DNA from: Thermoanaerobaculia bacterium
GTDB lineage: Bacteria > Acidobacteriota > Thermoanaerobaculia > Multivoradales > Multivoraceae
Reading direction: 5' to 3'
Assembly: GCA_963666565.1 (NCBI GenBank)
Contig: OY762911.1
Location: forward strand, 4,256,001-4,320,000
DNA: 64,000 nucleotides
The position numbers and the translations under genes are program-made. Numbering within the stretch: the first letter of the stretch is position 1; each line of letters begins with the position of its first letter. Of this stretch, positions 47,566 through 56,959 are shown in pieces. Below the pieces are notes generated by a model. It searched no databases. It was not told the origin of the DNA and saw only the letters and a list, made by a program, of their open reading frames with translations.

Positions 47566-47736
47566 GGGCGATACTCCACGATGAAAGACCGCCAAACCGC
47601 CCGGCCCGCGATGCACCCGAAGCGACGACGGCCGACAAAGCCGACCGGGGACGATACTGCCAGAGACGGGCCCTGCAAGCTACACTGACGGGCCGCCCCT
47701 CCAGCGCAACGACCGACCATAGAGCCGCACTATCCC

Positions 47737-49272
47737 TTGATCCGACGCACTCCCGTTCTGGTCGGCATCGCGCAGGTGCTCCAGCGAGCCGACGATCCGG
47801 CCGACGCCCGGCCGCCGATCGAGTTGATGGTCGAAGCCGTCGACAACGCCCTCGATGATGCGGGAGCGGGCGGCCTGCGCCGGCGGATCGACTCCGTGCG
47901 GGCGATGAAGGGCGTGTGGGGCTACGGGAACCCCGCGCTGATGGTGACCGAGGCGCTGGACATGCCGGGCGCCGAGACCGGGCTCTCCGCGGTCAGCGGC
48001 AACCAGGTGCAGGCGGTCCTCAACCGGAGCGCGCTGGACGTCCAGGCCGGCCGCCGCGAGGCGATCGTGCTCTGCTCGTCCGAGTGCGGCCGCACGATGG
48101 GCCGCGCCGCGAAGGCCGGCCTGGAACTCGACTGGCTCCAGGACGACGATCCGCCGAAGCCGCCGGACGCGAGCTACGGCGACACCCGCTGGACCCGGCA
48201 CGAGATGGAGATGGCGCGCGGCATCCAGCAGGCCGTGCAGTACTACTCCCTGTTCGAGATCGCGCTGCGCCGCCGGAACGGCGAGACCGTGGAAGCGCAC
48301 CGCGCCCGCATCGCCGAGCTCTGGGCGGGTTTCAACCGGGTGGCGCAGGGCAACCCGAACGCCTGGATCAGGAAGCCGCTGACCGCCGGGGACATCGGCA
48401 CGGTGTCGCCCGCCAACCGCGCCGTGACCTACCCCTACCCGAAGCTGATGAACGCGAACATGCGGGTCGACATGGCGGCCGCGCTCGTTCTCTGTTCGCT
48501 CGACCTCGCGCGCTCGCTCGGCGTGCCGGAGTCGAAGATGGTCTTCCCGCTGAGCGGCACGGACGCCGTGGACCACTACTTCGTCTCGGAGCGCGACAAC
48601 CTCCACTCCTCGCCGGCGATCCGGCTGGCCGGACGGAGGGCCCTGGAACTCGCCGGCGTCGAGGTCGCGGACCTCGACTTCGTCGACGTCTACAGTTGCT
48701 TCCCCAGCGCGGTGCAGGTCGCGGCGCGCGAACTCGGCCTGGACCTGGAGCGCCCGCTCTCCGTCACCGGCGGCCTGACCTTCGGCGGCGGGCCGCTCAA
48801 CAGCTACGTGATGCACTCGATCGCCCGCACCGCGGAACTGCTGCGCGAGCGGGACGGCGGCCGCGCCGTGGTGACCGCGAACGGCGGCATGCTGACCAAG
48901 CACTCCTTCGGCGTCTACGGCGCCGCGGAACCGGACCGCCCCTACCGCCACGAGGATATGACGGCGGAGGTTCACGCGCTACCGAAGCGGACCGCCGCCG
49001 CCCGCTACGCGGGCCCGGCCGAGATCGAGTCCTACGCGGTGATGTTCGGGGGAGGCGCCGCGCAGTCGACGAAGTCGTTCCGCTCCGTGTACGGCAACCG
49101 GGCAGCGCCCACCGCCGAACCGTCCGTCGCCCACCTGGCGTGCCGGCTGCCCGACGGCCGGAGGGCCTGGGCCAACGTCGACGATCCCGACACGCTGAGC
49201 GCGATGTGCGAACAGGAGTTCTGCGGCCGGCCCGTCCAGCTCGACGGCGCCGGCGCCGCCGAGTGCCGGTGA
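47737..49272 (+). CDS. Acetyl-CoA acetyltransferase-like (non-canonical thiolase)
   Basis: RTPVLVG, YPYPKLMNAN, DVYSCFPSAV, VTGGLTFGGGPLNSY, TANGG. Confidence 0.82.
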   Translation: MIRRTPVLVGIAQVLQRADDPADARPPIELMVEAVDNALDDAGAGGLRRRIDSVRAMKGVWGYGNPALMVTEALDMPGAETGLSAVSGNQVQAVLNRSALDVQAGRREAIVLCSSECGRTMGRAAKAGLELDWLQDDDPPKPPDASYGDTRWTRHEMEMARGIQQAVQYYSLFEIALRRRNGETVEAHRARIAELWAGFNRVAQGNPNAWIRKPLTAGDIGTVSPANRAVTYPYPKLMNANMRVDMAAALVLCSLDLARSLGVPESKMVFPLSGTDAVDHYFVSERDNLHSSPAIRLAGRRALELAGVEVADLDFVDVYSCFPSAVQVAARELGLDLERPLSVTGGLTFGGGPLNSYVMHSIARTAELLRERDGGRAVVTANGGMLTKHSFGVYGAAEPDRPYRHEDMTAEVHALPKRTAAARYAGPAEIESYAVMFGGGAAQSTKSFRSVYGNRAAPTAEPSVAHLACRLPDGRRAWANVDDPDTLSAMCEQEFCGRPVQLDGAGAAECR

Positions 49273-51005
49273 TGATCCGCCTCGCCGCGGCGGGACTCGC
49301 CGCGCTGCTGCTGACCGGCTGCCTGGGCCACCCCGCCGCACCGGCCCGCAGCGCGATGTTCGACTACGACCCGGGCGCGGACCCGATCGCCAACCCCGAC
49401 TCGCTGTTCGCGCCGTTCGACCCCGAGCGGGCCGACACCGAGGCCACGATCAACCGCTACTCGCTCGACCAGCCGACGTCGCTCAACCCGCTCTTCATCC
49501 GCGCCTGGACCGACGGCTTCCTCTACCGCCTGCTGTTCGATCCGATCGCTCACCGCGCCCCGGACCTCACCGCGGAGTGGAACCCGGCGATGGTGGACGA
49601 GGTCGAGGAGCTGGAGGGCGGCCTCGTCCACCGCATCAGGCTCCATGCCGGCATGCGCTGGCACGACGGCGCGCCGGTCACCTCCGAGGACGTCCGCTTC
49701 AGTTGGGAGGCGATCGCCGACGACAACGTGCCGGCGGTCGACTACAAGTACAAGGCCGCCGAGATCGAGGACATCCGCGTCATCGACGACATCACCTTCG
49801 ACGTCGTCCACCGGCAGGTCTCGGCGCTCCGCATCGACAACCTCTACTTCCCCGTCGTCCCGGCGCACATCCTGAACGACCCCGAAGAGCGCGCGGCCGA
49901 TCCGACGCTGCGAACCAGCGCCTACTACAACCGCTACCTGCGGGAACTCGGCATCGGCAACGGACCGTTCCGCTTCGTCGAGTGGATCCATGCCGACCGC
50001 GTGGTGGTCGAACGCTGGGAGGACTACCACCACGACAAGCCGCCCATCCGCCGCCAGGCGATCACCACCCACAGCGACCGCAACGCCGCCCTGCTCCAGT
50101 TCCGCAAGGGACAGCTCGACGACATCTGGCTGACCGTCCAGCAGCACGGCAGCCAGACCAACGACGAGGAGTTCCACGCCGCGGGCGTCAAGGCGTGGGG
50201 GCCGCGCTGGATGCAGGCCTACATCGGCTGGCAGCAGGGCGGCAACAACCACTTCTTCGGCGACGTCAGGGTGCGGCGGGCGATGGCCCACGCCTACGAC
50301 GCGGAGCGCGTGCTGCGGCAGGTGAGCTGGAACGTCTACACCCGCTCCAACGGGATGTTCCCGCCGAGCCACTGGAGCCACAACCCGGAGGTCCAGCCGC
50401 TGGAGTACGACCTGGAGAAGGCCGCCGCGTTGCTCGACGAGGCCGGCTGGCTGACCAGCCCCGACGACGGCTGGCGCTACAAGGAGATCGACGGCGAGCA
50501 GGTCCAGTTCCACTTCATGATGAACCTGCCCCAGTCCTTCGTCGACGCCCGCCGCATGGTCGACATCTACCGCGACGACCTGCGCCGCATCGGCGTCTCC
50601 TTCGACACCGAGATCCAGGAGAACGCGAGCCGCTCGCCGCTCCTGATCCAGCACGAGATGATCGCCCACGTCGACACCTACCAGGTCTTCGCCGACCCGG
50701 ACATCTGGCGCAACTTCTTCCACACCGAAGCGATCGACAACGGCCGCAACTACGACAGCTACAGCAACCCCAAGGTCGACGAACTTTTCGACCGCTCCCG
50801 CATGGAACTCGACCGCGACCGCCGCGCCGACCTGCTGCGCGAACTCCAGGCCCACGTCCAGGCCGACCAGCCCGCCCTGTTCCTGTGGAACTACAGCACC
50901 ACCTGGGGCTTCAGCAAGCGGATGCGCGGCGTCGAACTGGGGCCGGCGGGGGTCACCGCGTTCGTTCCCGGGACGCGGGCGTGGTGGGTCGAGAAGGATG
51001 ACTGA
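49269..51005 (+). CDS. ABC transporter substrate-binding lipoprotein, family 5 (peptide/nickel)
   Basis: Lipobox LTGC; WHDGAPVTSEDV, GNGPFRF, DVRVRRAMAHA, YDLEKAAALLDEAGW. Confidence 0.9.
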   Translation: MMIRLAAAGLAALLLTGCLGHPAAPARSAMFDYDPGADPIANPDSLFAPFDPERADTEATINRYSLDQPTSLNPLFIRAWTDGFLYRLLFDPIAHRAPDLTAEWNPAMVDEVEELEGGLVHRIRLHAGMRWHDGAPVTSEDVRFSWEAIADDNVPAVDYKYKAAEIEDIRVIDDITFDVVHRQVSALRIDNLYFPVVPAHILNDPEERAADPTLRTSAYYNRYLRELGIGNGPFRFVEWIHADRVVVERWEDYHHDKPPIRRQAITTHSDRNAALLQFRKGQLDDIWLTVQQHGSQTNDEEFHAAGVKAWGPRWMQAYIGWQQGGNNHFFGDVRVRRAMAHAYDAERVLRQVSWNVYTRSNGMFPPSHWSHNPEVQPLEYDLEKAAALLDEAGWLTSPDDGWRYKEIDGEQVQFHFMMNLPQSFVDARRMVDIYRDDLRRIGVSFDTEIQENASRSPLLIQHEMIAHVDTYQVFADPDIWRNFFHTEAIDNGRNYDSYSNPKVDELFDRSRMELDRDRRADLLRELQAHVQADQPALFLWNYSTTWGFSKRMRGVELGPAGVTAFVPGTRAWWVEKDD

Positions 51006-51378
51006 ATGGCCGCCCGTGGACCCGTTCGTCGCCGCGGCGGCGTATCGCAGTCTTCGTCGCGTCGAATGGGATGACTCGGAAGAGGAGAACGGAACGATGG
51101 TGCTGCTGGTCCGCAACCGCGTGAAGGACATCGACCACTGGAAGCGCATCTTCGACGAGCAGGAGGCCGCCGGCATGGCCGCCGGCCTGTCCGTCAGGCA
51201 AGTCTGGCGCTCGGCCGACAGGGCGGACGAGGTGTTCTTCATCCTCGGCGTCGAGGACCGCGCGAAGGCCGAGGCGTACATGGCGACGCCTGAAGCCGCC
51301 GCGGTCGGCGAGGAGGCGGGCGCGATCGAGGGGGAGTACTGGTTCCTGGAGGAGTTCTCGGCAACCAAGGAAGGTTGA
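50998..51378 (+). CDS. Small hypothetical protein (dimeric alpha-beta barrel-like); core starts at ATG 51097
   Basis: VRNRVKDIDHWKRIFD, VWRSADRADEV. Confidence 0.65.
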   Translation: MTEWPPVDPFVAAAAYRSLRRVEWDDSEEENGTMVLLVRNRVKDIDHWKRIFDEQEAAGMAAGLSVRQVWRSADRADEVFFILGVEDRAKAEAYMATPEAAAVGEEAGAIEGEYWFLEEFSATKEG

Positions 51379-51453
51379 GCCGGGCCGGGATCTGCTGGCG
51401 GGATCCGGCGCCACCGCAGCGAGGCGCGGCAACGGCGCTATCCTTCCGCCGAA

Positions 51454-52370
51454 GTGGCCGCCCCCACGATCTTCGAGACCTGCCAACCCCGCGAGGACAT
51501 CCTCCGCGGAGCCGTGACCGATGCCGATTTCGCGGCCGACCTGGCGTCGGTCGTACTTCGCCGCTTCTGCGCGTTTCCAACGGGCGTTCAGGTGCTCGTC
51601 GAGAGCCATAGCGACCACGTCCTGAATGGCATCCGGCGCGCCGCCAAAGCAGGGGTCCTGGAGCCGGAGGACGCAGCGCTCCAGGGCGCCGCGGGCGGCC
51701 CGGCGCTCGCTGTCTGGTCCTGCTGACCGCGACACCGATGCAGGTCCATCCGGAGCAGCGCATCGGCCGCATCGACCGCCTGGGCCAGCGGAGTCCGACG
51801 ATCCAGATCGTAAACCTGCACTACGACGACACTGTGGAGACCGACGTGTACCAGGCGCTGCGGGAACGCATCGGCTTTTTCAAGGCCGTCGTCGGCCGAC
51901 TGCAACCGATCCTGGCGAAGTTGCCACGCTCGATCACGGCGGAAGTTCTCGCCGGCCGGGCCTCCACCGACTCCCTCGCCCACCGCCTGGAAGGGCAGAT
52001 CGACGAAGCGCAGGCCGGCGGCTTCGATCTCGACGAAGTGCTCGAAGAAGACCTGGAGATGCCAGTCCTCCCTGAATCGCCCCTGACCATGGCCGACCTC
52101 GACCGCGTCATCTCACGGCCCGACCTGATGCCTCCCGGCGTCGAAGTGCAGCCGATGGGGCCGCGCGAGTACAGCCTCGCGGCACGCGGGATGCGGGAGG
52201 CGCTCAGGGTGACGACAGACCCGGCGTACTACGAGGACCATTCGGAGAGTATGGAGCTGTGGTCGCCGGGGAATCCGCTGTTCCAGGCACCGCAGGATCT
52301 CGGAGAAGATGACGCCGCCCCCGAAGGCCCGCCGCCCGTCTCCCTGCTGGACCTCCTGGACGCCGGATAG
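51454..52370 (+). pseudogene. Mosaic remnant of a DUF499 / AAA(DUF3696-like) / SNF2-helicase defence-type locus
   Basis: TIFETCQPREDILRG..DFAADL, then VQVLVESHSDHVLNGIR, then LVLLTATPMQVHP fused directly to EQRIGRIDRLGQ and the helicase C-terminus. Confidence 0.72.
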
Positions 52371-52399
52371 TCGAGGCGACTCGGGGCGGTCGTCCGGGC

Positions 52400-53554
52400 T
52401 CAGCCGAGCTCGCCGTTCCACAGCCGGCGGACGAACTCCTCCGGCGGCAGCACGTCGATGCCGTCGTCGGTCCGGCGGGCGCGCGCTTCGAGGCTGACGA
52501 CGATCCGGCGGCCGGCTTGCGGGTGGTCCTGGACCAGGCTGCGGAGGCCCTTCAGGTGCTGGCGGCCGATCCGGCGGCTGGCCTTCGACTCGACGACGAG
52601 TTCCATGTCGCCGACGACGAAGTCGACCTCCGTACCGCCGGCGAGACGCCAGTAGGAGAGCTCGCCCTCGCGGCCGCTGTAGGCGATCCAGGCGGCCAGC
52701 TCGTGGTGGACCCAGTTCTCGAAGGCGTGGCCCCATGCCTCCGAACCCCGTACCAGCCGGCCCCGGCGGGCGAGCCGATTCACGATCCCGACGTCCGCGA
52801 AGTAGAACTTCGGCGCCAGGATGACCCGGCGCTTCGGCCGCTTCCGGTAGGCCGGCAGCCAGCTTCCCAGCAAGGTGTCTTCGAGGATGCCGAAGTAGGC
52901 CCGCACCGTGTGGCCCGAGATGCCGCAGTCGCGCGCGATGTTCGAGAAGTTGACGATTCCGCCGTCGCTCAAGGCGGCGGCGTCCAGGAAGTCGCCGAAC
53001 GTGGGGAGCGACCGGACCGCACCTTCCGCCGCGATCTCCTCCCGCAGGTAGTCGCCGACATAGGCGTCCAGCAAGCGCCGAGGACGACTGCTTCGGTAGA
53101 CCGGCGGCAGGTAGCCGTGGTTCAGGAGTCGGTCGAGGTCGAAGTCGGCGCCGAGTTCGCGCGCCACGAGCCCCCGCAGCTCGTACCGCATGGCCCGGCC
53201 GCCCAGCAGATTCGCCGCGCCCCGCCGCACCTTGCGCGCGCTCGACCCGCAGAGAGCGAAACGGAGCCCGCGGTTCTCGATCAGCCAATGGACCTCGTCC
53301 AGCAGCGCGGGCGCCTTCTGGATCTCGTCGATCACCACCTGCCGGGACGGGTCCGCGCCCTCGGCCTCGATCTCCTGCCGGAGGAGCTCCGGCCGGCGGG
53401 CGTAGCGGCGGTACTCGTCGGCCTTCAGGAGGTCGATCCACCGGCCGTCGGGGTACGCCGCGCGCAGGAGGGTGCTCTTGCCCGTCTGACGCGGACCCCA
53501 GAGGAAGAAGGTCTCGCTGCCGGAGGGCGGGAGAACGAGTGACCGCTCGAACAT
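52400..53554 (-). CDS. AAA+ ATPase with DUF4143 domain
   Basis: GPRQTGKST, IDEIQK, CGSS, PKFYFADVG, FENWV, EVDFVV..ESK. Confidence 0.9.
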   Translation of the reverse strand: MFERSLVLPPSGSETFFLWGPRQTGKSTLLRAAYPDGRWIDLLKADEYRRYARRPELLRQEIEAEGADPSRQVVIDEIQKAPALLDEVHWLIENRGLRFALCGSSARKVRRGAANLLGGRAMRYELRGLVARELGADFDLDRLLNHGYLPPVYRSSRPRRLLDAYVGDYLREEIAAEGAVRSLPTFGDFLDAAALSDGGIVNFSNIARDCGISGHTVRAYFGILEDTLLGSWLPAYRKRPKRRVILAPKFYFADVGIVNRLARRGRLVRGSEAWGHAFENWVHHELAAWIAYSGREGELSYWRLAGGTEVDFVVGDMELVVESKASRRIGRQHLKGLRSLVQDHPQAGRRIVVSLEARARRTDDGIDVLPPEEFVRRLWNGELG

Positions 53555-53560
53555 GCGGCG

Positions 53561-53599
53561 CAGATTATCATGATGATCTGAAGTAGCGCTTCGGATCAT
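53561..53599. promoter_or_regulatory. Overlapping inverted repeats at the AAA-DUF4143 promoter
   Basis: cagattatca/tgatgatctg (1 mismatch) and atgatctgaag..cttcggatcat; contains the TAATCT -10 box. Confidence 0.5.
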
Positions 53600-53716
53600 T
53601 GCGCGAAAGGGGGCACGCGGCGGGCCGCGTCCGTCCCAACTCGGGCGCGCTGCCTCCTGGCTACCGGGCGAGATCACGCAGGCCGGGCCGCGGGTCTCGG
53701 GCGACCGTACGCCCGG

Positions 53717-55318
53717 TCAGACGCCCCTGTTCTCCCGCACCGCGGCCCACAGGCCGACCCAGATGCTGTAGCACATCGCCAGCAGCACGAGGGTGAACGG
53801 GAGACCCGTGGAAACGGTCATCGCCTGCAGGGCGTCGAGCGCGCCCTTGCCGCCGACGAGCAGGAGAACCGCGGCGACGAGGCCCTCGACGGTGGCCCAG
53901 AAGACGCGCTGGCTGATGGGAACGTCCTCCTTGCCGCCGGCCGTGATCGTGTCGATGACCAGCGAACCCGAATCGGACGACGTGACGAAGAACACCAGGA
54001 CCAGGACGATGCCGATCAGGGAGAGGACCGGAGTCAGCGGAAACTGCTCGACCATCCGGAACAGCATGACCTCTTGGGCGGCGGCCGCCACCGGGGCCGT
54101 CGCATCCCCGATCTTCTGGGAGATCGCGGTGCCGCCGAAGGCCGCCATCCAGACGACCGACAGGACGGTCGGCACCAGGATCACGCAGACGACGAACTCG
54201 CGCACCGTCCGGCCCCGCGAAACCCGGGCGATGAACATGCCCACGAAGGGCGACCAGGACACCCACCAGGCCCAGTAGAACGAGGTCCAGGCGTGGGTGA
54301 AACCGGCGTCCTCGCGCCCGAACGGCATCGCCAGCGGCACGATGTTCGCCCCGTAGGCGAGAGCGCCCCTGAACGCCGTTGCGAGAATCTCGCCGGTCGG
54401 GCCGACCGCGACGATCGCGAGCAGGAGCAGCAGGGCGAGGACCATGTTCACTCCCGACAACACCTTGATGCCGGCGTCGAGACCGCGCACCAGCGAGACG
54501 ACGGCGAGCGTCGTGACGACCGAGATCAGGACGACGGCCGCCACGCCGCCCGTGCCCCAGCCGTAGAGCAGGTTGAAGCCGGCGAGGGCCTGGGTGGTTC
54601 CGAGGCCGAGCGACGTGGCGAGGCCGAAGAGGGTGGCGAACACGGCCAGCACGTCGATCATGTGCCCCGGCCAGCCCCGCACCCGGTCGCCGAGAATCGG
54701 GTAGAAGGCCGAGCGCAGGGTCAGCGGAAGGCCGTGGTTGTAGGCGAAGAAGGCGAGCGCCAGAGCGACCACGGCGTAGATCGCCCACGGATGCAAACCC
54801 CAGTGGTAGATGGACGCCGCCATCGCGAGGTCGCGCGCGGCCGCCGCGTCGCCGGCCGCGCCGCCGAGCGGCGCCCCGTCGCTGCGGACGCCGCCCTCCG
54901 CCACCGGACCGTCGAGGGCCGCCCCGAAGTGCGTCAGCGGCTCCGAGACGCCGAAGTACATCAGCCCGATTCCCATGCCGGCGGCGAACAGCATCCCGAA
55001 CCAGCCGAAGTAGCCGAAGTCGGGCTTCGCGTCCCGGCCGCCCAGACGCACCTTGCCGATGGGCAGGAGGACGAGCAGCAGGGCGAACAGAACGAAGAGA
55101 TTGCCGGCGGACAGGAAGAACCAGTCGAAGGTGCTCGTGATGGCCGGAAGCAACCAGCCGAAGAACCTCGCCGCCTGACTCTGGAACGACAGCGTGCCGA
55201 GAACGAACAGGAAGATCACCGCGCTCGAGACGACGAACACGGGGTTGTGAATGTCGAGCCCGAACGGGGTGATGTTGTCCTGCCCGACGCGGAGCTTCGA
55301 CGCCCTGGGGTCTCTCAC
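53717..55318 (-). CDS. BCCT family (betaine/carnitine/choline) transporter
   Basis: MLFAAGMGIGL, HWGLHPWAIY, WAWWVSWSPFVGMFIARVSRGRT, TSSDSGS. Confidence 0.95.
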   Translation of the reverse strand: MRDPRASKLRVGQDNITPFGLDIHNPVFVVSSAVIFLFVLGTLSFQSQAARFFGWLLPAITSTFDWFFLSAGNLFVLFALLLVLLPIGKVRLGGRDAKPDFGYFGWFGMLFAAGMGIGLMYFGVSEPLTHFGAALDGPVAEGGVRSDGAPLGGAAGDAAAARDLAMAASIYHWGLHPWAIYAVVALALAFFAYNHGLPLTLRSAFYPILGDRVRGWPGHMIDVLAVFATLFGLATSLGLGTTQALAGFNLLYGWGTGGVAAVVLISVVTTLAVVSLVRGLDAGIKVLSGVNMVLALLLLLAIVAVGPTGEILATAFRGALAYGANIVPLAMPFGREDAGFTHAWTSFYWAWWVSWSPFVGMFIARVSRGRTVREFVVCVILVPTVLSVVWMAAFGGTAISQKIGDATAPVAAAAQEVMLFRMVEQFPLTPVLSLIGIVLVLVFFVTSSDSGSLVIDTITAGGKEDVPISQRVFWATVEGLVAAVLLLVGGKGALDALQAMTVSTGLPFTLVLLAMCYSIWVGLWAAVRENRGV

Positions 55319-55403
55319 GGCGGAGAACGGTCTTCACGCACCGCCGGCGCCGCGGCGCTCGGCGCGACGGTCGGAACCGCCAGACGCCGCGGAGGTCGGC
55401 GGA

Positions 55404-56942
55404 TCAGTTGAACTGCTCCCGCAGCAGCCGCTTCAGGATCTTCCCCGACGGATTCCGCGGCAACTGGTCGATGAAGTGGACGGCAACCGGCTGCTTGAAG
55501 CGGGCCAGCTTGTCCTGGCAGAACTCCAGGATCTCCGCGCCTTCGAGGCTCTCGTCGGAGCGGACGACGATGGCGACCGGGGACTCGCCCCACTTCTCGC
55601 TCTCGCGGCCGATGACGCCGACTTCGAGGACCTTGGGGTGGCGGCCGATGACTTCTTCGAGCTCGGCGGGATAGACGTTCTCGCCGCCGGAGATGATCAT
55701 GTCCTTCAGCCGGTCCTGGATGTAGACGAAGCCGTCCTCGTCCATCACCGCGCCGTCGCCGGTGTAGAACCAGCCGTCCACGAGACTCTCGGCCGTGGCT
55801 TCCGGCCGGTTCCAGTACTCCTTCATCAGGTGGCGGCCGGCGACCAGGACCTCGCCCGCTTCGCCGGGGGCGCAATCCTTGCCGTCGTTGTCCACGACGC
55901 GCACGGAAGTGTGGAAGAAGGCCTTGCCGGTCGAACCGGCCTTGCGGATGGCGTCCTCTGGCGAGATCAGGCAGGCCGGGCCGCAGGTCTCGGTCAGGCC
56001 GTAGACCTGATGGATCTCGATGCCCAGCTTGTCGTAGGCCTCGATCAGGTTGACCGGTACCGGCGCCGCGCCGCTCATGCACCAGCGCAGGCGCTCGTGC
56101 TTGCAGCGCTCCGGGTCGTAGACCTGGAGCATGAAGTTGAGCATCGCCGGCACCTTGAGCATGACGTCGATCTTCTCCTCGTCGATCAACTGCCAGGTGC
56201 GCACCGGGTCGAACGCCCGCAGCACGACGCTGGTGCTGCCCCGGTGGACGTTGCCGGTCGCGGGCGTCAGGGCGCCGACGTGGAACAGCGGCAGCGACAC
56301 GAGGTAGCGGTCGCCGTAGCGGGTGTCGGCGCTGGCCATGATCGTCAGGCCCGCCCACAGGGCCGACTCGTGGGTGTGGACCGCGCCCTTGGGCAGGCCG
56401 GTGGTGCCCGAGGTGTACATGATGTAGAGCAGATCGTCGTCCGCGGCCCCGATCTCGGGCTCGGCGTCGCTCGCCGCCGACGTCGCGTCGAGGTACGAGA
56501 GGCAGCCGTCCGGCCGCTGCTCGTCCGGGCCGACGTGGATCCACTTCGTCACGTTCGTGCCGTTCTCGCCGCTGCCGCGCGCGATCAGGTCCAGCACCTG
56601 GGCCTGGAACTCGTCGCCGAAGACGAGCGTCTCGGCGCCGGCGTCGCGGATGATGAAGGAGAGTTCCTCGGGCGTCAGCCGCCAGTTGAGCGGCACGCAG
56701 ACGGCGCCGATCTTGGCGACCGCGAAGAAGGTCTCCATGTACTCGACGCTGTTCATCAGCAGCAGGGCGACCCGGTCGCCCTTGCCGACGCCGAGTTCGC
56801 GCAGCGCGTTGGCGGTGCGGTTCGAGCGGAGGTTCCACTCGGCGAAGGTGAAGCGGCGTTCCGTCTCGACATCGACGAAGCCCTCCATGTCCGGCGAGAG
56901 GGAGGCGCGCTTGGTCAGGATGAGGCCGACGTTGTCTTGCAT
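55404..56942 (-). CDS. Long-chain-fatty-acid--CoA ligase
   Basis: YTSGTTGLPKG, YGLTET, YTGD, SGGENVY, LPRNPSGKILK. Confidence 0.93.
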   Translation of the reverse strand: MQDNVGLILTKRASLSPDMEGFVDVETERRFTFAEWNLRSNRTANALRELGVGKGDRVALLLMNSVEYMETFFAVAKIGAVCVPLNWRLTPEELSFIIRDAGAETLVFGDEFQAQVLDLIARGSGENGTNVTKWIHVGPDEQRPDGCLSYLDATSAASDAEPEIGAADDDLLYIMYTSGTTGLPKGAVHTHESALWAGLTIMASADTRYGDRYLVSLPLFHVGALTPATGNVHRGSTSVVLRAFDPVRTWQLIDEEKIDVMLKVPAMLNFMLQVYDPERCKHERLRWCMSGAAPVPVNLIEAYDKLGIEIHQVYGLTETCGPACLISPEDAIRKAGSTGKAFFHTSVRVVDNDGKDCAPGEAGEVLVAGRHLMKEYWNRPEATAESLVDGWFYTGDGAVMDEDGFVYIQDRLKDMIISGGENVYPAELEEVIGRHPKVLEVGVIGRESEKWGESPVAIVVRSDESLEGAEILEFCQDKLARFKQPVAVHFIDQLPRNPSGKILKRLLREQFN

Positions 56943-56959
56943 GGGTTCTCCTCGGGCGT

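Noticed and set aside
47566-47736. Possible cobalamin or other riboswitch upstream of the TonB receptor
   Set aside because: No B12-box or other recognisable riboswitch motifs seen on the minus strand
47916-51005. 1029-aa ORF as a thiolase-SBP fusion (similarly 307..2616, 21192..24062, 28982..31792)
   Set aside because: The N-terminal parts are off-frame overlaps of the upstream genes; true starts lie at the stop/start overlaps
51721-51726. TGC-TGA ending ORF 51454..51726 as a second Sec site
   Set aside because: Lies in a pseudogene mosaic; the meaningful frame there is the SNF2 motif III frame, and no SECIS-like hairpin was seen
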